From contig JAFCCD010000004.1 of NCBI GenBank assembly GCA_017610405.1, positions 1-43,350 of the forward strand: a stretch of 43,350 bases of DNA, given 5' to 3'. The position numbers were made by a program, and so were the translations under genes. Below the pieces are notes generated by a model. The model saw nothing but the letters and a program-made list of their open reading frames with translations. It was not told the DNA's origin and did not search any database. Position 1 is the stretch's first letter. Each line of letters starts with the position of its first letter. This document shows positions 6,356 through 17,200 of this stretch, piece after piece. The DNA is from Nanobdellota archaeon (GTDB lineage: Archaea; Nanobdellota; Nanobdellia; Pacearchaeales; GW2011-AR1).

Positions 6356-7699
6356 ATGAGAAAAGAGACATCTTATATAATTATGCTGGTTTTGGTTGCA
6401 GCAATCTTAGTTTTGTTGTATTCTTCAGGTCCAAAAATGACTGGGTATGTTGTTGAAGTTGAAGGAGATTTAAATCAGACAGCTTGTGGAGAAGTTGAAG
6501 GATATGTTTGGTATGATGAAATTTGTTATGATGGGCAACCTGTTTGTGGTGCTGATTTTTTGGAATTATGTTTAGATGAAACAAATTGTACAGATGTTAA
6601 TATTGGTGGAGGATATTGGTATAATGATATTTGTAATGCAGAAGTAGAACCTTCTTGTAGTAATGATTTAACTTTATGTTTAGATGAAACAAATTGTACA
6701 GATGTTAATATTGGGGGGGGATACTGGTATGATGCTAATGAAGATGGTAATTCAACTTGTAATGCAGAAGTAGAACCTTCTTGTAGTAATGATTTAACCT
6801 TATGTTTAGATGAGGTAAATTGTACTGATGCAGAAATAGGTGGTGGTTATTGGTATGATGCTAATGAAGATGGTAATTCAACTTGTAATGCAGAAGTAGA
6901 ACCTTCTTGTAGTAATGATTTAACTTTGTGTGTTGAAGCAAATTGTGTTAGTGATGGTGGTGGTTATTGGTATAATGATATTTGTAATGCAGAAGTAGAA
7001 CCTTCTTGTAGTAATGATTTAACTTTATGTTTAGATGAAACCGATTGTGTAGGTGATGGTGGTGGTTATTGGTATAATGATATTTGTAATGCAGACGCAG
7101 AAGTAATTAGTGTTGATGATTCTAGTGATTCCTCTGCAAGTTCTACACAGGTTACTGTTATTCCTTCATTTAGATTAGAGGCTGAAGATATTTCTGGTAT
7201 TTCATTAGATTCTGGAGATTCTCAAAATATTATGTGGTCTATACTTAATACAGGAAAAAATGTTGTAAGTGTATGTTCTGTTAAATCATTAGGAGATTAT
7301 GCCTCCTGGATTGGTGCATCAGAAGATGTATTAGATATTAATGCTGGAGAAGTAGGTGTTTTTGCTTTCAGTGTTACTGTTCCAGAAGAAACAGTAGAAG
7401 GTTCTTATCTTCTTAGTGTTTCTATTAAATGTGCTGAAACTAATGTTGTAAAGGATTTTAATGTGGAAGTTTCTGTTACTGGTGAAGGGGAGGTTGAAGA
7501 TGATAAAAGAGCACCTATTGGAGGATTTACTATCTTTGAAGGTGTTGGCGCAGGAGGAATAATTGCCTTTATCATTGTTCTATTAGCTCTTGTGTTTGTA
7601 TTCATCTTTGCTAGAAGAATGAGAAAAACTGGAAAAACAATGAGAGATGTAATTAATAGTCTTAAGGTAAAAGTTCTAAGTAAACCTAATAAGTCTTAA
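6356..7699 (+). CDS. Envelope protein: signal anchor, five Cys-rich repeats, beta-sandwich-like domain, C-terminal TM plus basic tail
   Basis: 447 aa. N-terminal hydrophobic segment, then KMTGYVV. Repeated C..DLTLCLDE.NC.D...GGGYWY.(D)ICNAEVEPSCSN module. C-terminal IIAFIIVLLALVFVFIFARRMRK. Confidence 0.75.
   Translation: MRKETSYIIMLVLVAAILVLLYSSGPKMTGYVVEVEGDLNQTACGEVEGYVWYDEICYDGQPVCGADFLELCLDETNCTDVNIGGGYWYNDICNAEVEPSCSNDLTLCLDETNCTDVNIGGGYWYDANEDGNSTCNAEVEPSCSNDLTLCLDEVNCTDAEIGGGYWYDANEDGNSTCNAEVEPSCSNDLTLCVEANCVSDGGGYWYNDICNAEVEPSCSNDLTLCLDETDCVGDGGGYWYNDICNADAEVISVDDSSDSSASSTQVTVIPSFRLEAEDISGISLDSGDSQNIMWSILNTGKNVVSVCSVKSLGDYASWIGASEDVLDINAGEVGVFAFSVTVPEETVEGSYLLSVSIKCAETNVVKDFNVEVSVTGEGEVEDDKRAPIGGFTIFEGVGAGGIIAFIIVLLALVFVFIFARRMRKTGKTMRDVINSLKVKVLSKPNKS
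6566..7104 (+). repeat. In-frame tandem repeat, five units of 99-126 bp
   Basis: Unit starts (TTATG/TTGTG) at 6566, 6674, 6800, 6926 and 7025. The block TGTAATGCAGAAGTAGAACCTTCTTGTAGTAATGATTTAAC recurs exactly at 6632, 6758, 6884 and 6983. Confidence 0.9.
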
Positions 7700-7702
7700 T
7701 AA

Positions 7703-7915
7703 TTATTTTTTCTTTCTTGAAGAACGCAATCTTTTTGCTCTGTTCACAAAAGAAATTGCTTCTTTTTCTTTTCTTATTTTTTCTCTTAGTTTTTTTTCTT
7801 TATCTTTGATTTTAGAAAGTTCTCCTTCAATATAATTTTTAGATTTTTCAGTTACTTTAAGTTTTTCCTCTAATTTTTTTAAACGATTGCTTTTCACTTC
7901 TTTTCTTTTTTTCAT
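7703..7915 (-). CDS. Small Lys-rich coiled-coil protein (hypothetical)
   Basis: 70-aa ORF, 16 nt downstream of and co-directional with the 575-aa gene. Low-complexity composition makes the coding status uncertain. Confidence 0.4.
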   Translation of the reverse strand: MKKRKEVKSNRLKKLEEKLKVTEKSKNYIEGELSKIKDKEKKLREKIRKEKEAISFVNRAKRLRSSRKKK

Positions 7916-7931
7916 ACTATTAAGTACTCTT

Positions 7932-9659
7932 TTACTTTTTATGTTTTTCTATTTTTTCTTTTAATCTTTTTTTATAATATTTGAAACTTTCCTTGATTTT
8001 CTTTCCTTCTTTTCTTATTTTCTTCTTTTTCTTGAATTTATATAATATAATTATTAAGATTATAAACACTAGGACAATGAGTATTCCTATAATCATAAAC
8101 AAAATCTGTTCTGTCCAGGTTAGAGGAGCAGCACCCACATTAAACTGCGAGGAAGCGCTTGCTACCAGTCCATCATAAGTTGTTCTTATATAAAGGAAAT
8201 ATTTTCCAGTGTGTGCATCTTTAGGAATCCTAAATGATTTGACAAAGCTTTTAGAAGTTTCAACTGCAATTGTTTCCTGCTCACGAAATATTTCATCTGC
8301 GTTTTTGTTTAAGATAGAATATTCTACGAGAACATCAACTTTTTTTGTACCTGCTAGATTGTAAAGGTTTATTTCTGCAGAAACTTCTTTTCCAGGAGAC
8401 ACATATAAGGATTTTTTTGGAATTTTCAGATTAACATCAAACAAAGGAGATTTTGACTCAACTTCTACTAAGACAAAAATCTCTTTTTTTAATCCTTTTG
8501 CACTAATTATTAAATTTCCCATATACAATGCAGAAGCATAACTTTCATTAGCAGTAATATCTAAAGCAACTACTTTTGTTTCTCCAACAACAAGTGTGAA
8601 ATTTGTTTCAGATATCTTTATGAAATCTTTTAATTTAGGATTTTCTATATTTACTTTTAAATTTTGTTTTCCTTCATTTATAATAATAATATTTTTAGTG
8701 ATTTTTTCTCCTTGGTTTATTTTAATTCCTATGAATTCTGGGCTTATACTTAAGGGAATAGTAGATATAATTGCTGTTCCACTGCCCCCACCACCATTGG
8801 TCTGTTGTGTGGGTGTTGAAGGAGTTTCCTCTGTAGAATAGGTTGTAAAATGAGGGACGCTGAATATTAAAGTTCCTTCAGAATAGCTTATTTCTGTGCA
8901 TACTGTGTCAGAACAGACAGAGCTGTCTCTTAATATTCTTGGATTTAAAAATGTTAAATTATAAAGGTAAAGGGTTGCTGAAGTGTTGAAATTCGGAAGA
9001 GCAGTCGAGTTTATTTCAATATAATTTGAAGAAATATTTGTATAAGAGTCAAGATCACATTCATTATCATAATTACTATTCTCTGTTAAATTAATTGCTC
9101 CACTGAATTCTATTTTTCCTTGATTAGGAATTTCGAGAATTATTTCTTCTAAATTATGCAGGTTTTCATAAGAAGAGCTGTCGAAATTTGTAGAGTTGCC
9201 CTGATTTTTGTATTTATCATAATAAACTCTGAATTTACTGGAGTCTACTATAAAAGTTATATTATCTGAAGTTATGTTCCCATTAGTGTTATTAGCGTAG
9301 ATGTAAAGAGTATGGATTCCTTCAGAAACATCAAATGTTGTATTTCCTGTTATTGTGGTATTTGCAGTGTTATCTAGATTATACCATATACTATATACGT
9401 TAGTTGCAGAATAATCAAGCTGAAGATTTTCACCCCTTATGTAGGTTTCATTTTCTGGGGAGATTATTGTTAAACTTGGGGCACTAACCATTACAGAAAC
9501 AGAAATAGCTAGGCTCTCTCCTGTCGCTTCTCCTGTAACTGCTTCTCCTGTTATTTTCTCTTTTGTGTAGTTTGAATATGCTATAAAAGCAACCAACACG
9601 ATCAAAATTAATACTGCTATAATCCCCACCACTTTCTTTTTCATATATAGAGATGTCAT
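7932..9659 (-). CDS. Envelope protein with N-terminal signal anchor, sequon-rich ectodomain and C-terminal TM plus Lys tail
   Basis: 575 aa. VVGIIAVLILIVLVAFIAY then KITGEAVTGEA. Many N-x-S/T sites. A GGGGSG linker. Beta-sandwich-like region (KINQGEKITKNIIIINEGKQNLKV). C-terminal ILFMIIGILIVLVFIILIIILYKFKKKKK. Confidence 0.75.
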   Translation of the reverse strand: MTSLYMKKKVVGIIAVLILIVLVAFIAYSNYTKEKITGEAVTGEATGESLAISVSVMVSAPSLTIISPENETYIRGENLQLDYSATNVYSIWYNLDNTANTTITGNTTFDVSEGIHTLYIYANNTNGNITSDNITFIVDSSKFRVYYDKYKNQGNSTNFDSSSYENLHNLEEIILEIPNQGKIEFSGAINLTENSNYDNECDLDSYTNISSNYIEINSTALPNFNTSATLYLYNLTFLNPRILRDSSVCSDTVCTEISYSEGTLIFSVPHFTTYSTEETPSTPTQQTNGGGGSGTAIISTIPLSISPEFIGIKINQGEKITKNIIIINEGKQNLKVNIENPKLKDFIKISETNFTLVVGETKVVALDITANESYASALYMGNLIISAKGLKKEIFVLVEVESKSPLFDVNLKIPKKSLYVSPGKEVSAEINLYNLAGTKKVDVLVEYSILNKNADEIFREQETIAVETSKSFVKSFRIPKDAHTGKYFLYIRTTYDGLVASASSQFNVGAAPLTWTEQILFMIIGILIVLVFIILIIILYKFKKKKKIRKEGKKIKESFKYYKKRLKEKIEKHKK

Positions 9660-9690
9660 AGAGATTATTTAAAATTTGTTGAGAAGAGTT

Positions 9691-10242
9691 TTATTTTTTG
9701 GAAGGAGTTTTTCTTTTTATAATGAAAAATATTATTCCCAACACAATTACTCCGAGAATTAAATATAAAAGAGGATTTACCTCTTCAGATGTTCCATACA
9801 ATTCACTTTCTTCTTCTCCAACTATTTCGACAGGAACTTTGCCTGTAATCCCCTGAGATAATTGAAGCATTCCTCCTTCTTTAGATGATACTTGTTTAAA
9901 AGAAACTAAAATTATATATTCTGTTCCTATTTCAACATCTTTTGGTATTTCAACATCTATGTATACAGGCACACTTACTCTATCAGGAGGAACATCATAT
10001 TCATTGCCACCAGCTAATGATGCTATTTGACTATTAATAGAGGTCATCATTGTAATTTGTTCTTTTTCTTCGTTCTGCAGTCTTAATGAAATTGTTGCAG
10101 ATTCTCCTGGAGCTAATTTTAAAGGATTATCATCCCAGTATGAATTCGCAACTCCTACTGATGAAATTAATGGAATAATAAACAAAGATAAAAGTGTAAC
10201 TACTATGACCTTTTTTCCCATCTTATTATATCTTTTTTTCAT
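9691..10242 (-). CDS. Small envelope protein (signal peptide, one beta-sandwich-like domain, C-terminal TM)
   Basis: 183 aa. N-terminal VIVVTLLSLFIIPLISS. C-terminal LLYLILGVIVLGIIFFIIKRKTPSKK. Confidence 0.7.
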   Translation of the reverse strand: MKKRYNKMGKKVIVVTLLSLFIIPLISSVGVANSYWDDNPLKLAPGESATISLRLQNEEKEQITMMTSINSQIASLAGGNEYDVPPDRVSVPVYIDVEIPKDVEIGTEYIILVSFKQVSSKEGGMLQLSQGITGKVPVEIVGEEESELYGTSEEVNPLLYLILGVIVLGIIFFIIKRKTPSKK

Positions 10243-10251
10243 TTTTAATTT

Positions 10252-11172
10252 TTATGTTACAATTTCAACTGTCCATGGACCATAAGCAGATGATGAATAT
10301 GATTGTGCACTGATATCTTGTGGAACTCCTTTTAGACAGAAAAATATCTGTTCTTGCCCTGATGTTGCATTGTTATAATTCAAAGAATTATTTCCTCTTT
10401 GTAATATTGCAGAAGTTACATTTGTCGAAGTTGCATTAACCATTACTGTTCCTGAACATCCTTCTGTAGCATCTTCAACTGTAAAGTTATTTGCATAAAT
10501 GTATTGGGTGGTTGTTTCCTCTCCCTGCAAATCAAGTGCTGTTACATTTATATTTAAATTCACATCGTTTCCAGAATTATTTGCTGTTATAGGGTCTTCA
10601 TCTGAGCCAGTGTCTGTATCTGTCAAGCCAATTGTAGGCCACCCTAATGATGTAGGAGACATGGTCATTGCTGTCTGTAAATTGTAAGTGAAAGTTTCAG
10701 ATTCATTATATCCTACTGCACTGTTTATATCTTCTATTGTTACGTTTATTGTCCATGCACCGTTTTCATCCCAATACCACATATCTATTGTACATGTAAA
10801 GTTCATACTATTTCCAGAATTAGGAGTAAACGTACTTATACATGATGTATTACTTCTGGTAGATTCTCCTGCTTTTGTGAAATATGCTTTAGCAGTATCT
10901 ATGTCGATATTTGCATAACCATCAGTATCTGTTACATTAAAGTAGAATGTTATTGATTTTGTGGTCCCAATAGAAGGGTCTGTTGCAGCAATTGGATCAA
11001 CTATAGTTATTGTCGGTACAGAGTTTCCAACTGTAATATTTAAAGCAGTAGTATCAGATGTTGCTTTTCCTGTAATCTTATCATAGAAATTAGAGAAGAA
11101 CCCTGCAGATGTTAAAGATACTGATAAAATTACCATCACGCTAACAATTAGTAATAATTTTCCTCTTTTCAT
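10252..11172 (-). CDS. Secreted paralogue of the membrane-proximal ectodomain of the giant protein, without anchor
   Basis: 306 aa. Signal peptide, then KITGKA. From VPTITIVDP to GPW it aligns residue by residue with the giant protein's APTIEWVQT...GAW, including identical TCTIDMWYWDENGAWTIN and LQGEETTTQYIYANNFTV. It ends 6 aa after the Trp, with no hydrophobic anchor. Confidence 0.8.
   Translation of the reverse strand: MKRGKLLLIVSVMVILSVSLTSAGFFSNFYDKITGKATSDTTALNITVGNSVPTITIVDPIAATDPSIGTTKSITFYFNVTDTDGYANIDIDTAKAYFTKAGESTRSNTSCISTFTPNSGNSMNFTCTIDMWYWDENGAWTINVTIEDINSAVGYNESETFTYNLQTAMTMSPTSLGWPTIGLTDTDTGSDEDPITANNSGNDVNLNINVTALDLQGEETTTQYIYANNFTVEDATEGCSGTVMVNATSTNVTSAILQRGNNSLNYNNATSGQEQIFFCLKGVPQDISAQSYSSSAYGPWTVEIVT
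10255..11019 (-). repeat. Copy 1 of a ~765-bp dispersed direct repeat (paralogous domain)
   Basis: Collinear with 12377-13141 at a constant offset of 2122 nt. Perfect blocks: 10486-10527 = 12608-12649 (42 nt) and 10745-10801 = 12867-12923 (57 nt). Confidence 0.85.
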
Positions 11173-11206
11173 TCTTTAGATATTAGTTTATAGGAGTTTT
11201 TAAAGA

Positions 11207-14200
11207 TTATTCTCTTTTATTAGGTCTGTCTAATTTCTTCTTTGCTCTTGAATAAATTGTCCAAATATTTCTCTGGTCTCTTTCAAGTAATTTTGCAATT
11301 TCGCTGTATTTCATCCCTTTTTCTTTTAGATATTTAATTAATGATTCTAAAATTGTTAGGTTTTTATTCCTTAATTTAGAAAGGGGGATAGATGCCTCTG
11401 TTTTTTTGATTTTTATTGGCTCTTTCATTTTCTTTGTGGCTTTAGAATAAGATGTCCACACTGTTCTTTCATTTCTTCCTAATTTTTCCGCAATTTCTTT
11501 GTAATTCATATTCAGATTTTCTTTCATATACTTGACAAGGGATTCTAATGCTCCAGGTTTATTTGAGAAAATTGTGATTGGGATGTTGTTCTCTTTTTCT
11601 CTGATTAACTTCAAAACCTCTTTTTTTGAAGTTCTATATTCTTTTCTAATAACTCTGATTAAGAGGGTACTTGCTATTTCTTTTTCTTTTGAGTATCCTT
11701 TCTTTAATTCTGCTGAAACTAATTTTAATACCCGCATAATTTTACTATTTTCTACTGGAACCATTTTTCTCTTTTCTTTTTTAACTGATTTTATCTGGGG
11801 ATGTTGGAGTTTTTGATTAACAGCCCGCGAATAAATTGCCCATATGTTCCTTTGGTCTCTGTTGAGAAGTTCTGCTATTTCACTGAATTTCATAGACTTC
11901 TTTTTTAGATACATTATAACTGATGCGAGGGCTGTTAATCTTCTGTTTCTAAATATTGAAACAGGCAGCAAGACATCTGTTTTCTTAATTCTCATTTTTT
12001 TCTTTTCTTTTTCAGTTGCTTTGAAATATGCTGTCCAAATAGTTCTCTGATCCCTGTTGAATAATTTAGCAATTCTGGAATAATTTCTGTTTAGATTTTC
12101 TTTCGTATACTTGACTAATGCTTCAAGAACCCCGAGTTTTTCTGAAAAGATTGTAATTGGTATTTCTATTTCTTTCTTTATTTCTAATTTGTCTATCTCT
12201 TTCTTGCCTAATTTGTGTTCTTTTCTTAATTCTTTAATTAGAATTTGAAGTATTTTTTCTTTTTCTTCAGAATATCTTTCTCTTATGTCTTCTGCAAGTA
12301 TCTCTGCAGCTCTTAGTAATAAGCCTTTTTTCTTCTTCCTCTTCTTCTTTCTCCTTCCTGCATATATTACTGCAACCAGAAGAATTTTTATTTCCCAGGC
12401 ACCATACGCTGTGGATGAATATGACTGCGAAGAGATATCTTGAGGAACTCCTTTCAGACAGAAATATATCTGCTCTTGTCCTGATGTTGCATTGTTATAA
12501 TTCAGAGAATGGTTTCCTTTGTGTAGAACAACTGAAGTGACATTTGTTGAGGTTGCATTTACCATAGCTGTTCCACTGCATCCTTGGTCTGTATCACCAA
12601 CTGTGAAGTTATTTGCATAAATGTATTGGGTGGTTGTTTCCTCTCCCTGAAGATTATATGCTGTTATGTTGATATTTAGGGGTTCAGCGTTTCCAGAATT
12701 ATTGATTGTTATTGGATCGTCGTTTGAACCAGTATCTGTATCAGGAAGATTTATCTCTGGCCAGTTTATTTCTGTAGGAGATATTACCATTGCAGTTAGA
12801 ATATTATAAGTGAATGTCTCAGAGGAATTTTTAGCATATTCTGCTGAATTATCTTGAATTGTGGCATTTATTGTCCATGCACCGTTTTCATCCCAATACC
12901 ACATATCTATTGTACATGTAAAGGTAATGCTGTTTGTGCTGGCATTTCTTGGAAGACATGAATTATTGCTTCTTGTTATCTCTCCAGCCCTTTGGAAATA
13001 GGCTGCTGCTGTGCTGTTGTCAATATCATTTATTCCATTTATATCTGTTGCAGTAAAGTTGAATATTATGGATTTTGTGGTTCCAATAGAAGGATCTTGT
13101 GCAGATATTGTCTGAACCCATTCTATTGTTGGTGCGACATTTGAAACTTCTGTAACATTTAAACTCCATAAACTCCAGTTTAGATTTCCAACAGTATCAT
13201 TAATACTTACATTCACAACATAATAATATTCAACAAGTGTGGTGATGTTTGTAATAACTCCTGTTGATGGATTGATTGAAAAATTAGTTGTATCATCTAT
13301 CGAAAAACTGTCTAAACCAACCCCATCATCTGTGGCATTTATATCATAGTTTAAATTTTCATTATCATAAGAAGTTTGGTTAACAAGTGTTGTGAAATAG
13401 GGTGGGGTTGTATCATCTCCTACTGTAGTTATATTTAAACAAGCATTTTTTGTAAAATAATCTGAAAAAGAATTACTTCCAAGTAGGTCTTTTGCCCTTA
13501 CTCTTAAATCAATACATGTTTGAGCATCAACATCAGTCGTATTCCATTCAAAAGTTTGTCCTGTCCCATTTGTATGATTTCCTATTACTGTCCATATTGT
13601 GCCATTAATATTAATCCAAACTTCTGTCCAATTTATTTCATCAATATTATTTGAACTGTTATAATCAAAATTAACTCCCCTAATTTTTAAGTTTGTATTA
13701 TCTGCAGTTTGCCAGCCTGTTAGAACTGTTGAATCTGTTACTGTTAAATTAAAATTTCCTGTTTGGTCAACTGAGAAATTTCCTATTTCTACAAAATCAG
13801 AACCATTATACATTTGTAATTGCAAGTCAGGATTATTATTGTTATTGTTTAAAGAACCAGAATTATTATAAACAGAAACACTTACATTTACATTAAGACT
13901 TGTTAGATTTTTCCAATCAGATGAGAAAACATTATTATAGGTTGTCCAATTTTTTATTGCTTCTATATCAGTAGTTTCTTCGCCAACTGTAGTATCTCCT
14001 TTTTCAATAGCAAACCATCTCACATCTTCAGCATTATGAGAATTACACATATCTACCGTATCAGCTTCACAATATTTTATGTCTGCGCCAGAGGAAGTAA
14101 CTAGTCTTGCCATAGGATATTGAGGGTCTTGTCCTCCACTTTCACTGTTCTGAGTAACCATAATCATTGGGTCTGTGTATGTAGGACTGAAACTAACTCC

Positions 14201-17200
14201 GGTCCATAAACTATCGTCTATACTTTCTGTTCCTATTTGAAGACTGTCAATTTGATGGTTTGTTGGATCTATTGCAACCCAACCAACTGATTCTGCTGGC
14301 AATCCTGAATCACAATCATCTACATGTTTACCAAGGGCAGGAGCCTGGTGTGTACAAGCATACAAATCAGTTTCTGAAGTTGTAGTGCCAACTACCCATT
14401 GGTGCTGAGAAATATTTCCGCCTTGATTATAAGTTTGTGCAGTTGTAAATAAATAAGGAATGTCTGAAAAAGTTATGCTAAAACTTATATCTGCAGATTT
14501 AGCATCAACTTGGCTTGCAGCACTGATTGTACCTGCGTCAATCCAATCATATTCTTCAACTTTATCAACATCAAAAACAAAATAATGTATTGTTTCTTCA
14601 TTTGTTGTGCCAGTACAATATTGTGTAGCATTATCCATACAAAGAGTTATGTTAAAGTGAGTTGTATTTACTAAACTTATTGCTGGTACAAGTGGACTGT
14701 AGTCTTGATTACTTGGTTCATTAGAGGTGGCTGGTGTTGCTATAACAATTGGTGTAGATGTGTATGTATTATCAAAAGCTATTAGATGCCATTCAGCACC
14801 AGATACATTTAATTCTCCTTGTTCTCCAAGAATTACACCCTCTCCCATACTTATTGCTTGGCTTGTTCCTGATTCTTGGTCATTTGAAATTGTTGTGTTT
14901 AATAAAGAAGCTTCAATAGTATAATCAAAATCATCTCCATCTGGGTCATTTGAACCAGTTCCTGTTAAATTAATAATATCCCTTTGATTAACTGAGACAT
15001 TGCAATTATTTGAGCCATCACAAGTTATGTTTGTTGGAGTTGTTGGAGGATTATTTCCTAAATCAGATTCAAAAACCATCCACATAATAGGTTCATCAGC
15101 ATGAGTTTGCTCTCCATCTGTTCTTGATTCAGTCATTCTTAAGTCAACACTGCTTGTTCCTAAATTTCTAGTTCCCCCTGTTGTTGGGTCTGTTCCACTC
15201 CCTTGTTGTACTAAAGCAAAAAATAAGGCAGTGGTATATGTATTACTAAATGATTGCGTTTCCCAATTTGTATCAGTAGGGTCAGCAGTAACAGTTGGAT
15301 CAATGCCTCCTTCCATATCAGTTGCACTTGTTTGATTCATTGTTATCCAACCAATATTATAATTTGAAGAAGCTGTTAGAGGAGTAGATCCCTCTAACTC
15401 ATCTCTTTCCATTGAAAGAATAACTTGCGTAGTACTTACACTATCATATCTTGCAGCAATCCAATCACTTTCAGTGTTGTTCTGCACATTTGCAATAACA
15501 CTTGGAGCTGAGCTATATGCTGTGTGAAATGTTACTGTTCTAGCTGCAGTTCCAGAACCACCTGCACAATCATATACATTTACATCCTCAACTAATCCTG
15601 CTTGTAATAACATTCCATTATCTAATACATGACTTCCATTTTCAACAACAATATAACTTGCATTTCCAGAAACTTCATTAGCATAATCATCATAAAAGTT
15701 TATTTTAAAACTGTCTGAAGATACATTTTCAATAATTGCTGTTATTAATTCTTGTGCAGCATCAATTTCAGCACCTTCTCTTCTATATGCAACTACTACT
15801 GGAACATCATATGAACTTTTTAAATCAACAATAGTCCATCCATTTACTTCTACAACTCCTGTTTCATAAAATGAAGAAGGGTCAATAACATGATCTAATT
15901 CTATCTCTCCATTAATAATTTTTAAATCAAAGGTGTCTTGTGTTCCATTTAACCCTGTTAAGAAAACTTTATTATACTGATTATCATTTATAGTTGTAAA
16001 TTCTGCAATTAATTCATTACTGTCAATTTCATAAACTTCTATTTTTGGAGTTCCACTTGTGATTCTTGGATAAATAGTTATGTCTCTTGAAGGATCCAAA
16101 GGTATTTCAAAGGTTACACGAACATATTCATCATCTGAAATAGTTTCTGACCAGACATCATCTAATTCTTTAACTTCATCATAAATATTTGAAATAAAAT
16201 TTCTTTCAGAATTCAAATGTTCTGCTTTTGTAATCACAATTATTTCAAAAGTTTGGTTGCTTAAACGAGGGGCAACCCATTCTATGTAATCATAGATGCC
16301 GTTGTTGTCTAAGTCAGCAATATTTTCTATAGGAATATAACTATTATCTTCTACCCAATAAATTTTAACACGAGAAGGATTTTTTATGTTTAGGTTTTCG
16401 TTAAGTTCTGTGAATGCAAGAACATTTTGATAATGGGTGTCTCCTGGTCCGATGATTTTAACTCTTTTTCCCTTCTCTATATCTTCTTCAATAGCGTAAG
16501 GTGCAGGTGTTTCATATTCAACTTCATATTCTGTCGCAGTATTATCAATTTCAATTTCCTGAAGTTCTGCTCCAGCATCTATTGCTCTTCCTGTTATTTT
16601 TCCAAGATTTCTAAAGAATCTTGATAAAAATCCTTCGCCTTCTGCAGAAGAAATCATAGCTCCTGTTATACTAAAGCTTGTTTCAGAAGAAGAAGGCTCT
16701 TCTTGGGAAGGACTCGAATCTTCTTTTGGAAGAACCTCTTCTGTTTCTTCTGAATATGATTCTTTGATTTTAGTCACAAAGATGTTTGTAGCTTCTCTTG
16801 GCAATCTTATTCTTGCTGTTGCTGGTTGGTCTAAAGATATTGTTTTTGTCCATTTAACAGGCTGACCAAGAATAGCTTGTTGCTGCGTTGTGATTATTGT
16901 TGCATTTGCATATGTTATAACTCCAGGAGCTTCCTGAACAAGAAATCCTGTAAGTTCTGGTCGAATATAAATAGATGCCATGAACACAACGAAAATAATC
17001 AGGGCAGAAAAGAAAAAAACAGACAAATACTCTCCAACAAGATTTCTCTTGTGCTTTCCTAAATGTTTTTCACATTCCTTTATATAATGTTTATAATAAT
17101 CAATCCATTCTTTTAGAGTTTTGCCATCAAAATGCCTATGTGCTGTTTCAACATAAAAATCGCGGGAAACTAGACCTTTTTGATAATTATTCCAAAGCTT

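Noticed and set aside
6566-7104. Possible CRISPR array or satellite, because of near-perfect ~100-126-bp repeats; likewise the 36-bp repeats at 19281-19352
   Set aside because: The repeats are contiguous with no unique spacers, vary in period, stay in frame inside long ORFs and encode a coherent Cys-rich (or Lys-rich) peptide module.
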